A DNA stretch of 64,000 bases. Origin: a virus (lineage: Duplodnaviria; Caudoviricetes). The stretch is taken from positions 6,000 to 69,999 of the IMG/VR virus record IMGVR_UViG_2791355130_000003. One strand, written 5' to 3'. The translations under genes and the position numbers were made by a program. The notes under the pieces were generated by a model. The model was not told where the DNA came from. It saw nothing but the letters and a program-made list of their open reading frames with translations, and made no database searches. This document shows, piece by piece, positions 35,364 to 45,991 of the stretch (its first letter is position 1; the number at the start of each line of letters is the position of its first letter).

Positions 35364-36314
35364 ATGTCTGGGTTTCAGACGCAGGTTGCCTACAATCCCG
35401 CCCCCGCTGTCGAGGGCGATTTCGCTTCCACCAATCCCCGCTCTACAGTCCTTGCCGCCGCTGGCGCGCTGGTCTGCGGCGCGCTAGGTGCTGTCATCGG
35501 CCGCTTCGCCTGGCTGAGTTATGTCCAAGCCGACAGCGACAATGCGCCGGCCGTGGTCAACACCTTCGGCACCGGCCCGGTCGCGGGCTTCGTCCATCGC
35601 GAGCAGCAGGGCCTGATCGAGCAATACCTGCAGGAATCGACGATGCTGGTCCCGGCCGGCTTCCCCATCACCGTCTTCGATGGAGGCGATTTCTGGGTGA
35701 AGAACGCCGGCGCGACGCCTGCCCTGGTCGGCCAGAAGGTCTACGCCACCTATGCCGATGGCACGGCGACCGCTGCTCCGTCAGGCTCGCCGAATGGCGC
35801 GACCACTTCGGCCGGCTCCATCGCAGCCGCGACCAGCGGCTTCCTGGGCTCCATCGTCGGCAATGTGCTGACGGTCACGACGGTCAACTCGGGCACGATC
35901 TGCCCCGGCACCACGATCTCGGGCATCGACGTCGTCTCCGGCACCAAGATCATACAGCAACTCACTGGTACCCCGGGCGGTGTGGGCACGTATGCGGTCA
36001 ACATCCCCGACCAGGACGTCGACCCCGGTACAGAGATTTCCGGCACCTATGGCGTGTTCACCGCGGGCGGCACGATCGTTGGCGTCTTCGGCGTCGGCGA
36101 CACGCTGACCGGCGCTGGCATCACCGCCGTCACCACTATTACCCAGCAGCTCACTGGCCCAGCCGGTGGCGCTGGCACCTATGCGGTCGATGTCAACACC
36201 ATAGTCAACGCGGCTGCGCTCACCGCGGCCACCAATGTTGAAACTAAGTGGACCGTGCGTTCCTTCGCGCAGCCCGGCGAGCTGATGAAGATCAGCTCTT
36301 GGCCTCAGGGCTAA
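35364..36314 (+). CDS. Capsid decoration/cement protein with inserted beta-repeat modules
   Basis: GFQTQV...PAPAVEGDFASTNP, GFVHREQQG, GDFWV, ETKW.V; position before the MCP. Confidence 0.8.
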   Translation: MSGFQTQVAYNPAPAVEGDFASTNPRSTVLAAAGALVCGALGAVIGRFAWLSYVQADSDNAPAVVNTFGTGPVAGFVHREQQGLIEQYLQESTMLVPAGFPITVFDGGDFWVKNAGATPALVGQKVYATYADGTATAAPSGSPNGATTSAGSIAAATSGFLGSIVGNVLTVTTVNSGTICPGTTISGIDVVSGTKIIQQLTGTPGGVGTYAVNIPDQDVDPGTEISGTYGVFTAGGTIVGVFGVGDTLTGAGITAVTTITQQLTGPAGGAGTYAVDVNTIVNAAALTAATNVETKWTVRSFAQPGELMKISSWPQG

Positions 36315-36373
36315 ACCCGCCGTCAATCTCGAAACCATGCGCCGCAAGTCGGCGATCTGTGAGGATAACCACC

Positions 36374-37468
36374 ATGAAATTTCACGACTTCGATCAGGCC
36401 GCTGCGGCGTGGGCTCAGCATCGCTCGATGTTCGAGCAGGCGGGTATCTACCTTCCCGATGCACGCGCCTACATCGTCGAGGCGTTCCGCACCAATCATC
36501 TCGCGATGGATGCACAGCCTCAGCTAGCGACAGCACCGAACGCCGGTATCCCGGCGTTCCTCACCACGCTTGTGGATCCTGAGGTCTACCGCATCCTTTT
36601 CGCCCCAACCAAAGCTGCCGAAATCTTCGGCGAAATTCGAAAAGGCACCTGGATCGACCAGACGGCGATGTTCCCCGTCGTCGAGCAGACCGGCGAAGTG
36701 TCGAGCTATGGCGACTACAACGACAACGGCCGAGCCGGCGCCAACATGAATTGGCCGCAGCGCCAGTCCTATCTGTTCCAGACGATTTCCGAGTATGGCG
36801 AACTGGAGATCGAGCGCGCCGGCCTTGGCCGCGTCAATTGGGTTGGCGAGGTGGATGGCGCCGGCGTCACCGTGCTCGCACGATTCCTCAACACGACCTA
36901 CTTCAAGGGCGTGCAGGGCTTGCAGAACTATGGCCTTCTCAACGACCCGAACCTGGCGGCTCCGATCACCCCGGCGCCGAAGGCTTACGGCGGTGTGAAA
37001 TGGATCAACAACGGCCAGATCGTCGCCACCGCGAATGAGATCTATTCCGACCTCCAGTCACTGTGGCTGCAGCTCGTTACCCAGACAGCCGGCCTGGTCG
37101 ACCAGAACACCAAGATGACACTGGCCATGTCGCCGGAATCGCAGCTTGCCATGACCGCGACCAATTCGTTCAACGTCAATGTCGAGGACCTGCTCAAGAA
37201 AAACTTCCCGAACCTTCGTGTCGTTTCAGCGGTGCAATATAGGGCGGAGACAGCGATCAACCCGACGGGCATCTCAGCCGGCAACGTGGTTCAGTTCATT
37301 GCCGACGGCATCGATGGTCAGCAGACCGGCTATTGTGCGTTCAACGAAAAGCTCCGCACTCATCCAATCGTGCGCGCGCTCTCCTCATGGAAGAAGAAAA
37401 TGTCCAGCGGCACCTGGGGTGCGATCATCCGCCAGCCGATGGGCATCTCTCAGATGCTGGGCGTCTAA
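36374..37468 (+). CDS. Major capsid protein (DUF2184)
   Basis: AMDAQP..T.PNAGIPAFLTT.VDP, GEVSSYGD, RQSY.FQT..EYGELE, YGLLNDPNL. Confidence 0.92.
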   Translation: MKFHDFDQAAAAWAQHRSMFEQAGIYLPDARAYIVEAFRTNHLAMDAQPQLATAPNAGIPAFLTTLVDPEVYRILFAPTKAAEIFGEIRKGTWIDQTAMFPVVEQTGEVSSYGDYNDNGRAGANMNWPQRQSYLFQTISEYGELEIERAGLGRVNWVGEVDGAGVTVLARFLNTTYFKGVQGLQNYGLLNDPNLAAPITPAPKAYGGVKWINNGQIVATANEIYSDLQSLWLQLVTQTAGLVDQNTKMTLAMSPESQLAMTATNSFNVNVEDLLKKNFPNLRVVSAVQYRAETAINPTGISAGNVVQFIADGIDGQQTGYCAFNEKLRTHPIVRALSSWKKKMSSGTWGAIIRQPMGISQMLGV

Positions 37469-37602
37469 AGATCCTACAACGCTTAGTGCCGGATCGTAAC
37501 CGTTCTGGCACCAAAGCGTGAAGCGGGGTGGAGCAGCCCGGTAGCCCGCCTGGTCGAATCGGACCCCAGGCTGCGCGAAACTCGGCCACGGCTAGGAAGA
37601 CG

Positions 37603-37627
37603 GGAACCATGCGGGCATTCGGCGGTT
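37603..37627 (+). promoter_or_regulatory. EcfG-type promoter of the HWE kinase moron
   Basis: GGAAC-N17-GTT. Confidence 0.55.
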
Positions 37628-37699
37628 TACCGTTCACCCATGCTGAAGGTCGGTTGTTTGGGCCGCGGGTGCGTGCCGGCCATGTGCCGGAGGCGACGC

Positions 37700-39112
37700 G
37701 TGAAAAACGGTGACAAACAAGACGAAAAAGGCGAAGGTCAGCGGCCGCTCAGTGACAGCGACCTGGTGCAGCTCATCTTTGACAGCGCGACCGACTTTGC
37801 GATCTTCACCATGGATCCCAACGGCATCACCACGAGCTGGAACGTGGGTGCCGAGCGCGTGCTCGGCTATGCCGATGAGGAGATCATCGGGAAGTCTGCC
37901 GATGTAGCCTTTCCTCCCGAGGAGGGCGGAACGAGCGCAGCCGCGGAGGAGCGCCGGATCGCACTCGCGGAAGGGCGAGCCGAGGACGAGCGCTGGCAGA
38001 TGAAGAAGGACGGCACGCGGTTCTGGGCGTCGGGGCTGATGATGCCGCTCGGGGACAGAACCCGAGGTTACGTCAAAATCCTACGCGACCGGACCACCCA
38101 GCACCGTGCTGAAGTGCAGCTTCAGCAGAGCGAAGAGTTATTCCGGCTCCTCGCGACCAATATCCCGCAGCTAGTCTTCCGCTCGAAGGTGAACGGTGAC
38201 CGGACGTGGGGTAGTCCACAGTGGAGTGTCTTCACGGGCTTGGCCTTTGCCGAGAGCGTCGGCTTCGGCTGGCTCGATGCCGTCCATCCTGAGGATCACG
38301 ACGCGACGATGACGGCATGGGCTGAGGCGCCGAGCAAAGGCGAATACTATTGCGAGCACCGCATCCGCCGATCGGCCGATGGCGAGTATCGCTGGCACCA
38401 GACCCGTGCCGCCCCCCTGGACGACGCCGGCGGAGCCGCACTCGAATGGGTCGGAACCTCCTCCGACATCCATGACCTACGCACGCTCAAAGACCAGCAG
38501 AAGGTGCTTTTGGCCGAGCTTCAGCACCGCACGCGCAACCTGATTGCGGTCGTCCAATCACTCGCACGGCAGACGATGCGGTCAAGCGCGTCGCTGGAGG
38601 AGTTTGCGGAGGATTACGAGAGCCGGTTACGCGCGCTTTCGCGCGTCCAAGGATTGCTCGCGCGCGCCGACCATCAGCCGATCGACCTGCGCGAACTGAT
38701 CCAAGGCGAGCTCCACGCGCACGGCGACGGAAGCGTGGACGGGGGCAACGTCACGATCGAAGGCCCGGCGACCTCGTTGCCGGCGATCTCCGCGCAATCC
38801 GTAGCGCTCGCGCTGCACGAACTCGCGACGAACGCGGTGAAGTACGGCGCTCTTCACCAACCGTCGGGCCGGCTCACCGTTAGGTGGAACATAGAGCACG
38901 ATGGGTCGAAGCCACGCGCGAGACTTGAATGGCGCGAGAGCGGCGTCACCATGCCGGAGGGCGGACCCACGCGGAGGGGCTACGGCAGCGAACTGATCGA
39001 GCGGGCGCTTCCCTACCAGCTCGGCGCTAAGACGAAGTTCGAGTTCGGATCGGACGGGGTGCGCTGCGAGATCGTCGTGCCGGTGACGAAGGATGAGAAG
39101 CAACATGGATGA
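37700..39112 (+). CDS. PAS-PAS HWE-family sensor histidine kinase
   Basis: Two PAS/PAC domains; H-box ELQHRTRNL, LHELATNAVKYGAL, WRE, GYGSELI; GGAGG SD + GTG. Confidence 0.92.
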   Translation: MKNGDKQDEKGEGQRPLSDSDLVQLIFDSATDFAIFTMDPNGITTSWNVGAERVLGYADEEIIGKSADVAFPPEEGGTSAAAEERRIALAEGRAEDERWQMKKDGTRFWASGLMMPLGDRTRGYVKILRDRTTQHRAEVQLQQSEELFRLLATNIPQLVFRSKVNGDRTWGSPQWSVFTGLAFAESVGFGWLDAVHPEDHDATMTAWAEAPSKGEYYCEHRIRRSADGEYRWHQTRAAPLDDAGGAALEWVGTSSDIHDLRTLKDQQKVLLAELQHRTRNLIAVVQSLARQTMRSSASLEEFAEDYESRLRALSRVQGLLARADHQPIDLRELIQGELHAHGDGSVDGGNVTIEGPATSLPAISAQSVALALHELATNAVKYGALHQPSGRLTVRWNIEHDGSKPRARLEWRESGVTMPEGGPTRRGYGSELIERALPYQLGAKTKFEFGSDGVRCEIVVPVTKDEKQHG

Positions 39113-39476
39113 GCCGCAACCCGATGCCCTGCGGGGCCGCCGTCTTCTTGTGGTTGAGGACGAGTACATGATCGCTGCTGACCTCGCCCGCGATCTGGAA
39201 GACAGAGGCGCGAACGTAATCGGCCCGGTGGGCTCAATCGAGGATGCGCTTGAGCTGCTCGGGGCGGAGGACCGGATCGACGGCGCCGTGCTCGACCTCA
39301 ACCTGCGCGGCGAACGCGCCTTCCCTATCGCGGACGCGCTGCGCCAACGTGAAGTGCCCTTCATCTTTGCGACGGGTTACGATGCCTCGTCCATTCCTGA
39401 AGCGTACGCCGAAGTGCCGCGCATCGAGAAGCCGATCGACACCCGAGCGCTCGCACGCCTTCTATCGCTGGGCTAG
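39105..39476 (+). CDS. Single-domain response regulator
   Basis: LLVVEDE, AVLDLNL, FATGY, EKP. Confidence 0.92.
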   Translation: MDEPQPDALRGRRLLVVEDEYMIAADLARDLEDRGANVIGPVGSIEDALELLGAEDRIDGAVLDLNLRGERAFPIADALRQREVPFIFATGYDASSIPEAYAEVPRIEKPIDTRALARLLSLG

Positions 39477-39768
39477 TGGTCGCGAGAATATAATGGCCAT
39501 CCACTTAGCTCTTCACGGATAGCAGTTTGCGGATGCTGCTTGCGAGGGTGCCTGTTCCACAGGCCCTGAGCCAGGCGTGACACCGGCATCCGCTCCAATC
39601 TCGCTATCCGAACTTGATCTTGATGATCTTCCACACGCCTACCAGCAGCGCGCTGATCGGCCAGCTAAAGCGTCAGGCCACCAGTCTGAAACCTCTCCCG
39701 TGCCGCCCTCTCAAGATAGGGGCCGGCATCGGCGACTTGAACCGCTTTCCACCAACCGGAGCAAATCG

Positions 39769-40203
39769 ATGTCCACCACTGTCACCGTTGCCTGCAAGCT
39801 GCCGCACGGCCTAATCCTGCGCCTTCACGAGATGGTCGAGCAGAACGAACCGACCGCCGGCGGCAGCTTCCGCAAGGTGAAACGCGCCCAGGTGATCGGC
39901 GAGCCGGTCGTCCTGAAAGGCTATCTGCGCCGGTTCGACCGCCGCAAAGAGCCCGCCCCGATGGCGCAAGACAGCGACTACGCCCTGACCTATGGCGTCG
40001 ATGCCGACTTCTTGAAGAAGTGGCTCGAGCAGAACAAGGACCTCGACGCGGTTAGGAACAATCTCATCTGGGCGCATACCGAGACCGACATGGTCGAGGG
40101 CTTCATCGCGGAGCATGAGGCGCAGAAATCGGGCCTCGAGCCGATCGATCCCCACAACCTGCCGCGTGGAATCCAGGCCTACAAGGCGGATGCTGCGGCC
40201 TGA
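39769..40203 (+). CDS. Conserved head-associated hypothetical protein
   Basis: TVTVACKLPHGL...LTYGVDADF..KW...SGLEPIDP; normally follows the MCP in this phage type. Confidence 0.75.
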   Translation: MSTTVTVACKLPHGLILRLHEMVEQNEPTAGGSFRKVKRAQVIGEPVVLKGYLRRFDRRKEPAPMAQDSDYALTYGVDADFLKKWLEQNKDLDAVRNNLIWAHTETDMVEGFIAEHEAQKSGLEPIDPHNLPRGIQAYKADAAA

Positions 40204-40229
40204 CGCGTAACGCCCAGGGAGGTTTCGCC

Positions 40230-40655
40230 ATGGGCGTCATCGTCGAGTTCAGCCTCGCGAACTTCGTGGCCGTCTACCCGCAGTTCGCGACGCTCAGCCA
40301 GCCACAGGTTCTGCAAGGCGCGCTCCCGGTCGCGACGCTCTACTGCCGCAATGACGGCGGCGGACCCGTCACAACGGCCGAGACGCAGACCACGCTGCTC
40401 AACCTGATGGTCGCGCACATCTGCCAGCTCATGTACGGCGCCAACGGTCAGGCGCCGGCCGGGATTGTGGGACGCGTCTCGAATGCTGCCGAGGGCAGCG
40501 TGTCGGTGCAGGCCGACTTCCCCGTGACGCCAAATAACGCCTGGTTCATGCAAACCCCATTCGGCGCGGCCTACTGGCAGGCCACTGCCGCCTACCGGAC
40601 CATGCGCTACATGCCTGGACCGCGCCGCGTCTACAATCCCTGGCCTAATCGCTAG
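40230..40655 (+). CDS. Head-tail adaptor (DUF4054)
   Basis: F...YPQF, LLNLMVAHI, VGRVSNAAEGSVSV, WFMQTPFGAAYWQAT. Confidence 0.88.
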   Translation: MGVIVEFSLANFVAVYPQFATLSQPQVLQGALPVATLYCRNDGGGPVTTAETQTTLLNLMVAHICQLMYGANGQAPAGIVGRVSNAAEGSVSVQADFPVTPNNAWFMQTPFGAAYWQATAAYRTMRYMPGPRRVYNPWPNR

Positions 40656-41052
40656 CGGGTTGAGTCGGTGTGTCGGTTGGGAGCTGTTCATTCATCAACG
40701 TGGATATCGCCGTGATAATCTGCGGGATGAAGAACGGTTTGGTGATCATGATGCTGTTCGGAACGCCTTCGGCGCCCCACTGGCTGGCGCTATCGCCGCT
40801 GACATAAACAACGGGGATCGTGGACTTGACCTGACGTACATGGCGAGCGACCTCCCAGCCGGAGGGACCGGGGCCAAGACGTATGTCAGAAAGTAGCGCT
40901 TTGAATGCATCCGGCGCTTCATCAAATGCCGCCATAGCAGCAGATGCGCTGCGAACGCCGACCACCTCGAAGCCCGCTTCCTCCAGCCCTGTTTCAAGAT
41001 CGAGCAAGATCATTGTCTCGTCTTCAACGACCAGAACAGCGCCACTGCTCAT
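40645..41052 (-). CDS. Single-domain response regulator (moron)
   Basis: VLVVEDE, LLSDIRLG..SGWEVAR, VYVSGDS, KPF. Confidence 0.9.
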   Translation of the reverse strand: MSSGAVLVVEDETMILLDLETGLEEAGFEVVGVRSASAAMAAFDEAPDAFKALLSDIRLGPGPSGWEVARHVRQVKSTIPVVYVSGDSASQWGAEGVPNSIMITKPFFIPQIITAISTLMNEQLPTDTPTQPASD

Positions 41053-41101
41053 GTGAGGGATCCCCAAGGTCACCTGTGAGGCGATCCCCAAGGTAACCCC
41101 C

Positions 41102-41127
41102 AACTCGGCAACGGGTCGTTTAGTTCC
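41102..41127 (-). promoter_or_regulatory. EcfG-type promoter
   Basis: GGAAC-N17-AGTT upstream of the receiver gene. Confidence 0.6.
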
Positions 41128-41152
41128 CGAATAAAGTGAAAGGACCATTCTC

Positions 41153-41524
41153 GTGGACATTCTTGCTCAATTGCAGCGCGAGTTTCGCGCCTTCCGCAAG
41201 CACGCCGAAGATCGCATTCAGACCCTTGAGCGCAGCCTGCGCCTCGCTTCCCCGCCGCCTCCCGTGGATCAGCCTGAGACGGCCGCCACCGCCGCGGCTG
41301 TCACCGATGGCACAAATGGCACAACCGGCACGAACGGCACGAACGGCGCGGCCGATGCGGGCGCAACCGGCGCTACCGGCGCGGCCGACACCACGGGCGC
41401 AACCGGTGCCACGGGGGCGGCTGTTGGCGGAGCGACCGGTGCAGCGGCCGGCGCGACTGGCGCCACGGGAGCAACCGGCGCGCCCGATCCTGCCGCTGAT
41501 CCGAAGGCCAAGGCAAAGGCGTAA
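41153..41524 (+). CDS. Low-complexity collagen-like (G-A-T / G-T-N repeat) protein
   Basis: AGGA SD + GTG; helical N-terminus then GTNGTTGTNG/GATGATG repeats. Confidence 0.65.
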   Translation: MDILAQLQREFRAFRKHAEDRIQTLERSLRLASPPPPVDQPETAATAAAVTDGTNGTTGTNGTNGAADAGATGATGAADTTGATGATGAAVGGATGAAAGATGATGATGAPDPAADPKAKAKA

Positions 41525-41528
41525 GGCG

Positions 41529-41972
41529 ATGGTCGAGCTCTCCGGCGGCGACAAGCTCGCCGCCAAGCTGGCCGAGATCGCGAAGAGCCTGCAGAAGGCC
41601 GTATCGGTCGACGTCGGCTTCCTGGAGGGCGCGACCTATCCCGACGGCACCTCCGTCCCGCTGGTCGCGGCGCTGAATGAGTTTGGCACCCGCGACACGC
41701 CGCCCCGCCCGTTCTTCCGAGGCATGATCGACGACAAGAGCCCCGAATGGCCCGACGCCGTGGGCAACCTCCTGGTCGCGAACGGCTACGACGCCGAAAA
41801 GACGCTGGGCCAGACGGGCGAGGCCATCAAGGGCCAGTTGCAGGCGGCGATCACCGCCTATGACGGCCCGCCGCTGCAGCCCACCACCATCGCCCGCAAG
41901 GGCAACGACAAGCAGCTCGTCGACACCGGCCACATGCTGGCGTCGGTCGACTATGCCGTCAAGAAATCCTGA
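41529..41972 (+). CDS. Neck / tail-completion protein
   Basis: VGFLEGATYPDG, NEFG...PPRPFFR, TIARKG.DK.LVDTGHML. Confidence 0.85.
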   Translation: MVELSGGDKLAAKLAEIAKSLQKAVSVDVGFLEGATYPDGTSVPLVAALNEFGTRDTPPRPFFRGMIDDKSPEWPDAVGNLLVANGYDAEKTLGQTGEAIKGQLQAAITAYDGPPLQPTTIARKGNDKQLVDTGHMLASVDYAVKKS

Positions 41973-41988
41973 ACCCGGAGACCATACG

Positions 41989-42570
41989 ATGAGGGCCGTC
42001 CTTTTTTCGAGCAACCTCGGCGACATTCCAGCCGACCTTGCATTCAAGAACAACTTCGCGGCCGTGACCGATCCGGCCGCCGCTAACGACTCGAGCGAGG
42101 GTTATCAGGTCGGCTCGGCCTGGGTGAACACCGCGACCGACACCGCGTTTGTCTGCGTCGATGCGACGCCTGGCGCGGCCATCTGGACGGCCACCGCACA
42201 GGTCGGCAGCACGCAGGGCGCCCCGGCAGCGCACACCGTCTCCGGCACGCTCACGCCCGCCGATCTGCTCACGCGCATCATCACCATCCAGCAGGGCGCC
42301 GGCGCTGCCTCAGTGCAGCAGCTCCCGACCGGTGCAGCGCTCCAGGCAGCGCTGCCGGCCGACTTTGAGGCCAACGACTCCTTCGACGTCTCGGTGATCA
42401 ACACCTCCATCGTCGATGCCGAGGATGCCACCATCACCACCAACGCCGGCATGACGCTGGTCGGTTCGATGGACTTCCCGGCGCATAGCAGCGCCACGAT
42501 CCCGTCGAGCGGCATCCTGCGCTTCCGCAACACGGGCGCCGGCACCTTCACGGTCTACCGCGTCGGCTGA
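41989..42570 (+). CDS. Putative virion accessory protein
   Basis: NNFAAVTDP..NDSSEGYQVGSAWVNT...FVCVDATPGAAIW; GGAG SD. Confidence 0.65.
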   Translation: MRAVLFSSNLGDIPADLAFKNNFAAVTDPAAANDSSEGYQVGSAWVNTATDTAFVCVDATPGAAIWTATAQVGSTQGAPAAHTVSGTLTPADLLTRIITIQQGAGAASVQQLPTGAALQAALPADFEANDSFDVSVINTSIVDAEDATITTNAGMTLVGSMDFPAHSSATIPSSGILRFRNTGAGTFTVYRVG

Positions 42571-42576
42571 TCGACC

Positions 42577-42969
42577 ATGAACCTGCACGGGATCGTCTCG
42601 GCGGCGATCGGGACGGTGAACCCGTTCGTGACCGCCACGCTGAAACGGTCCAGCGGCTACACCACGGCGGCCGACGGCACGCGCACCCCGAGCTTTGTCG
42701 ACGTGCCCGGCGTCTCTCTGCAGGCGCAGTCGCTTACCTACAACGATCTGCAGCTGCTCGACGGGCTCAACATTCAGGGCGTGCGCCGCGCCGTCTACCT
42801 CAACGGTTCGGCCCTCGGCGTGGTGCGAGAGCTGCAAGTCGGCGGCGATCTCTTTGTCTTCCCCGCCGGCACTTTCCCGGAAGGCGACACCTGGCTCGTA
42901 GCACTCGTGCTCGAGTCGTGGCCCGACTGGTGCAAGTGCGCCCTGACCCTGCAAATGGATGGAGCCTGA
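42577..42969 (+). CDS. Head closure protein
   Basis: MNLHGIV...VNP, DL..LDGLNIQG, WLVALVLESWPDW. Confidence 0.8.
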   Translation: MNLHGIVSAAIGTVNPFVTATLKRSSGYTTAADGTRTPSFVDVPGVSLQAQSLTYNDLQLLDGLNIQGVRRAVYLNGSALGVVRELQVGGDLFVFPAGTFPEGDTWLVALVLESWPDWCKCALTLQMDGA

Positions 42970-42970
42970 T

Positions 42971-43243
42971 ATGGCGAACGGAACCTTCATGGTGCCATGC
43001 CCCGCCGGCCAGTGGACTAAGGTCGCCGACGGGGCCAACTATTCATCGGCTCTGTTGCAGGTGACAAGCATAGGCGGCGTGCTGGCAGCGATCGCCGACA
43101 GCCAGCCTGCGGAGGGTGCCTCGAACGGCGTCCTGCTCTCCCAGAGCTTCGTTCCGTTCCCGCTCGCCGCCGGCGACCAGGTCTGGTGCCTGCCGGTCGG
43201 CGCCAGCGAGGCCACGGTGCGCGGGATCGGCACCAGCGTCTGA
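42971..43243 (+). CDS. Hypothetical virion-region protein
   Basis: GGAG SD, beta-rich 90 aa. Confidence 0.6.
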   Translation: MANGTFMVPCPAGQWTKVADGANYSSALLQVTSIGGVLAAIADSQPAEGASNGVLLSQSFVPFPLAAGDQVWCLPVGASEATVRGIGTSV

Positions 43244-43974
43244 TGAGCGGCCCGGTCCCCAGCCAGTCTGGCATCCAGACGGTCCTGCGCAGCTTTCTGC
43301 TGCAAATCCTGCCCGCCGGCGTCGAGGTGATATCGGCGCAGGACAACCGCGTCCCGGAGCCGGCTGGCGATTTCGTCACCATGACGGTGAGCCGCCGCGG
43401 TCGCCTCTCGACCAACGTCGACACCTATCAGGACTGCGCTTTTGAGGCCTCCATCGCCGATGCGGTGATGACGGTCACTCAGGTCTCCTTCGGCGCGCTC
43501 CTGGTAGGGGCGAGCGTCTTCGGAACGCCGGTGACAGCAGGCACGGTGATCAGCGAGCAGACCGGCGGTACGCCGGGCGGCGTCGGAACCTATACCATCA
43601 CGCCGGCACAGACCGTGCCGGCGCAGATCCTATCGAGCGGTGCCGAGACCATCGTGCAGCCGACCGACGTCGTCATCCAGCTTGACGTGCACAGCGCGTC
43701 GGATGGCAGCGCGTCCGACATGGCGCAGACGATCGCCACCCTGATCCGCGATGAGCGGGCGACCCGGTATTTCGCGGATGCCGGCATGGATGGCGCGCCG
43801 CTCTATGCTGACGATCCCAAGCAGGTCCCGTTCTTCAACGGCGAGCAGCAATTCGAGACCCGCTACGTCGTCGACGTGCACCTGCAGGCCAACCAGGCAA
43901 TTGGCCTGCCACAGCAATTCGCCGACCAAGCCGTGATCGACGTCGCCAACGTCGAAACGACTTTCCCGGCCTGA
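43243..43974 (+). CDS. Neck/tail terminator protein with inserted beta-repeat module
   Basis: [38 protein letters not shown]. Confidence 0.8.
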   Translation: MSGPVPSQSGIQTVLRSFLLQILPAGVEVISAQDNRVPEPAGDFVTMTVSRRGRLSTNVDTYQDCAFEASIADAVMTVTQVSFGALLVGASVFGTPVTAGTVISEQTGGTPGGVGTYTITPAQTVPAQILSSGAETIVQPTDVVIQLDVHSASDGSASDMAQTIATLIRDERATRYFADAGMDGAPLYADDPKQVPFFNGEQQFETRYVVDVHLQANQAIGLPQQFADQAVIDVANVETTFPA

Positions 43975-43999
43975 CCCTCAAACAGAAAGGACCTGGTCC

Positions 44000-45958
44000 A
44001 TGACGACCATCCCGGCCTCGCAGCTTGTGAACGTCATTCCGAACGTTCTCAACGCGGGCGGCAACGCGCTCGTGATGAACGGCCTCGTGCTGACCCAAAA
44101 CACCCGCGTCCCGATTGGGCAGGTGCTCTCGTTTCCGAACGACGGTGTGTCGGTGTCGAACTTCTTCGGCCCGTCCTCGGAAGAGGCCGAGATCGCGGCG
44201 GTCTATTTCGACGGCTTCAACAACTCGACCCAGAAGCCGGCTACGATCCTGTTCGCGCAGTATGCGTCCGCGTCGGTCGCGGCCTATCTGCAAGGCGGCA
44301 AGGCCGACCAGCTCTCGCTGGCGCAGCTCCAGGCTTTGAGCGGCACGCTCAGCGTCAATGTCGACGGATATGTGCGCACCGCGAACGCGATCGATCTGTC
44401 GAGCGCAAACAGCTTCTCGGCCGCCGCGGCGCTGATCCAGACCGACCTGAACTCCGCTCCTCCGCAAGCGGCCACCGTGACGGGCGCCATCGCCCCTGCA
44501 ACGGCAGCCGTGACCGCTTCCATCGCCGGCAGTGTCATGTATGTGACCGGCGTGACGTCGGGCGTTCTGGTCGCAGGGGCGGCGCTCTCCGGCGCTGGCG
44601 TGTCGGCCGGCACGCAGATCACCGACCAGCTGTCGGGAACGCCCGGCGGCATCGGCGAATATGCCGTGTCGATCGGGCAGGTGGTCGCCAGCACCGCCGT
44701 CTCGGCAGCGTATGGCACCCTCACGGTCACTGCGCTCGCAAGCGGCACCTTGGCGGTCGGCCAGACGCTTGCCGGTGCAGGGGTGACGGCTGGCACGCGC
44801 ATCGTGCAGCTTGGCAGCGGCGAGGGCCTTACCGGCACATACTTCGTCGACAAGACCCAGACGGTGGCGAGCGGCGCTATCACGGCGTCGGCCACGCCGC
44901 TGGACGTCACCTATGACTCCGTCTCCGGCGGCTTCGTCATCACCTCGGCCGTTGTCGGCGCGGCGTCGTCCGTCGCCTTCGCCACCGGCTCGGTCGCGGC
45001 CGGTCTCTTCCTGACCCAGGCGACCGGCGCGACGCTCTCTCAGGGCGCCGATGGAACGACGCCTGCCGCCTTCATGGCTGCGATCACCCAGCTCACCCAG
45101 AATTGGGCGACGTTCATGACGATCTTCGACCCCGATGGCGGCTCGGGCAGTGCGCAGAAGCAGGCCTTTGCCGAATGGGTCAACAACACCAATAAGCGCT
45201 ATGCCTACATCGCCTGGGACACCGACATCACGCCCACCGAAGGCAACGATGCGACGTCGAGCTTCGGCAACATCATCTCGAGCGCCAATCTCGACGGCAC
45301 CTGCGCCATCTACCATCCCGCCGGCGGCATCACGACGCCCGCGCAGATCGCGGCCTTCATCTGCGGCGCGGCGGCCTCGATCGACTTCCAGCAGACCAAC
45401 GGCCGCATCACCTTCGCATTCCGGGGGCAGGATGGCCTGGTGGCAGGCGTCACCACCGCGACTGTGGCGAGCAACCTCATCGCCAACGGCTATAACTTCT
45501 ACGGCGCCTACGCGACGGCCGCGCAGCAGTTCCTGGAGTTCCAGAACGGCACGGTGTCGGGCGAGTTCGAATGGCTGGACAGCTATATCAACCAGATTTG
45601 GCTGAACAACCAGCTCCAGCTCTCCCTCATGGAGCTGCTCCAGAACATCAACTCGGTTCCGTATAACGCGGCCGGCTATGAGCTGATCAAGGCGGCCTGC
45701 CTCGACCCGATCAACCAGGCGCTGAATTTCGGTGCCATCCGCGCCGGCGTGACGCTGTCGGCGCTCCAGATCGCGCAGATCAACTCGGCCGCCGGCGTCA
45801 AGGCGAGCGACACCCTCCAGCTGCAAGGCTGGTATCTCCAGGTCAAGGACGCCACCCCGCAGGTGCGCCAGGCCCGCCAGAGCCCGCCGATCAACTTCTG
45901 GTACATGGACGCCGAGTCCGTGCAGCAGATCGAGCTGACCTCGACCCTCGTCCAGTAA
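44000..45958 (+). CDS. Tail sheath protein (DUF3383)
   Basis: [16 protein letters not shown]...[29 protein letters not shown]. Confidence 0.92.
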   Translation: MTTIPASQLVNVIPNVLNAGGNALVMNGLVLTQNTRVPIGQVLSFPNDGVSVSNFFGPSSEEAEIAAVYFDGFNNSTQKPATILFAQYASASVAAYLQGGKADQLSLAQLQALSGTLSVNVDGYVRTANAIDLSSANSFSAAAALIQTDLNSAPPQAATVTGAIAPATAAVTASIAGSVMYVTGVTSGVLVAGAALSGAGVSAGTQITDQLSGTPGGIGEYAVSIGQVVASTAVSAAYGTLTVTALASGTLAVGQTLAGAGVTAGTRIVQLGSGEGLTGTYFVDKTQTVASGAITASATPLDVTYDSVSGGFVITSAVVGAASSVAFATGSVAAGLFLTQATGATLSQGADGTTPAAFMAAITQLTQNWATFMTIFDPDGGSGSAQKQAFAEWVNNTNKRYAYIAWDTDITPTEGNDATSSFGNIISSANLDGTCAIYHPAGGITTPAQIAAFICGAAASIDFQQTNGRITFAFRGQDGLVAGVTTATVASNLIANGYNFYGAYATAAQQFLEFQNGTVSGEFEWLDSYINQIWLNNQLQLSLMELLQNINSVPYNAAGYELIKAACLDPINQALNFGAIRAGVTLSALQIAQINSAAGVKASDTLQLQGWYLQVKDATPQVRQARQSPPINFWYMDAESVQQIELTSTLVQ

Positions 45959-45991
45959 GCGGCAACCAATCCACCCGTCAGGAGCCAGACC

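Noticed and set aside
37478-37520. GTAACCGTTCTGGCAC as another operator
   Set aside because: Right half-site is poor; better explained as part of a hairpin downstream of the capsid gene.
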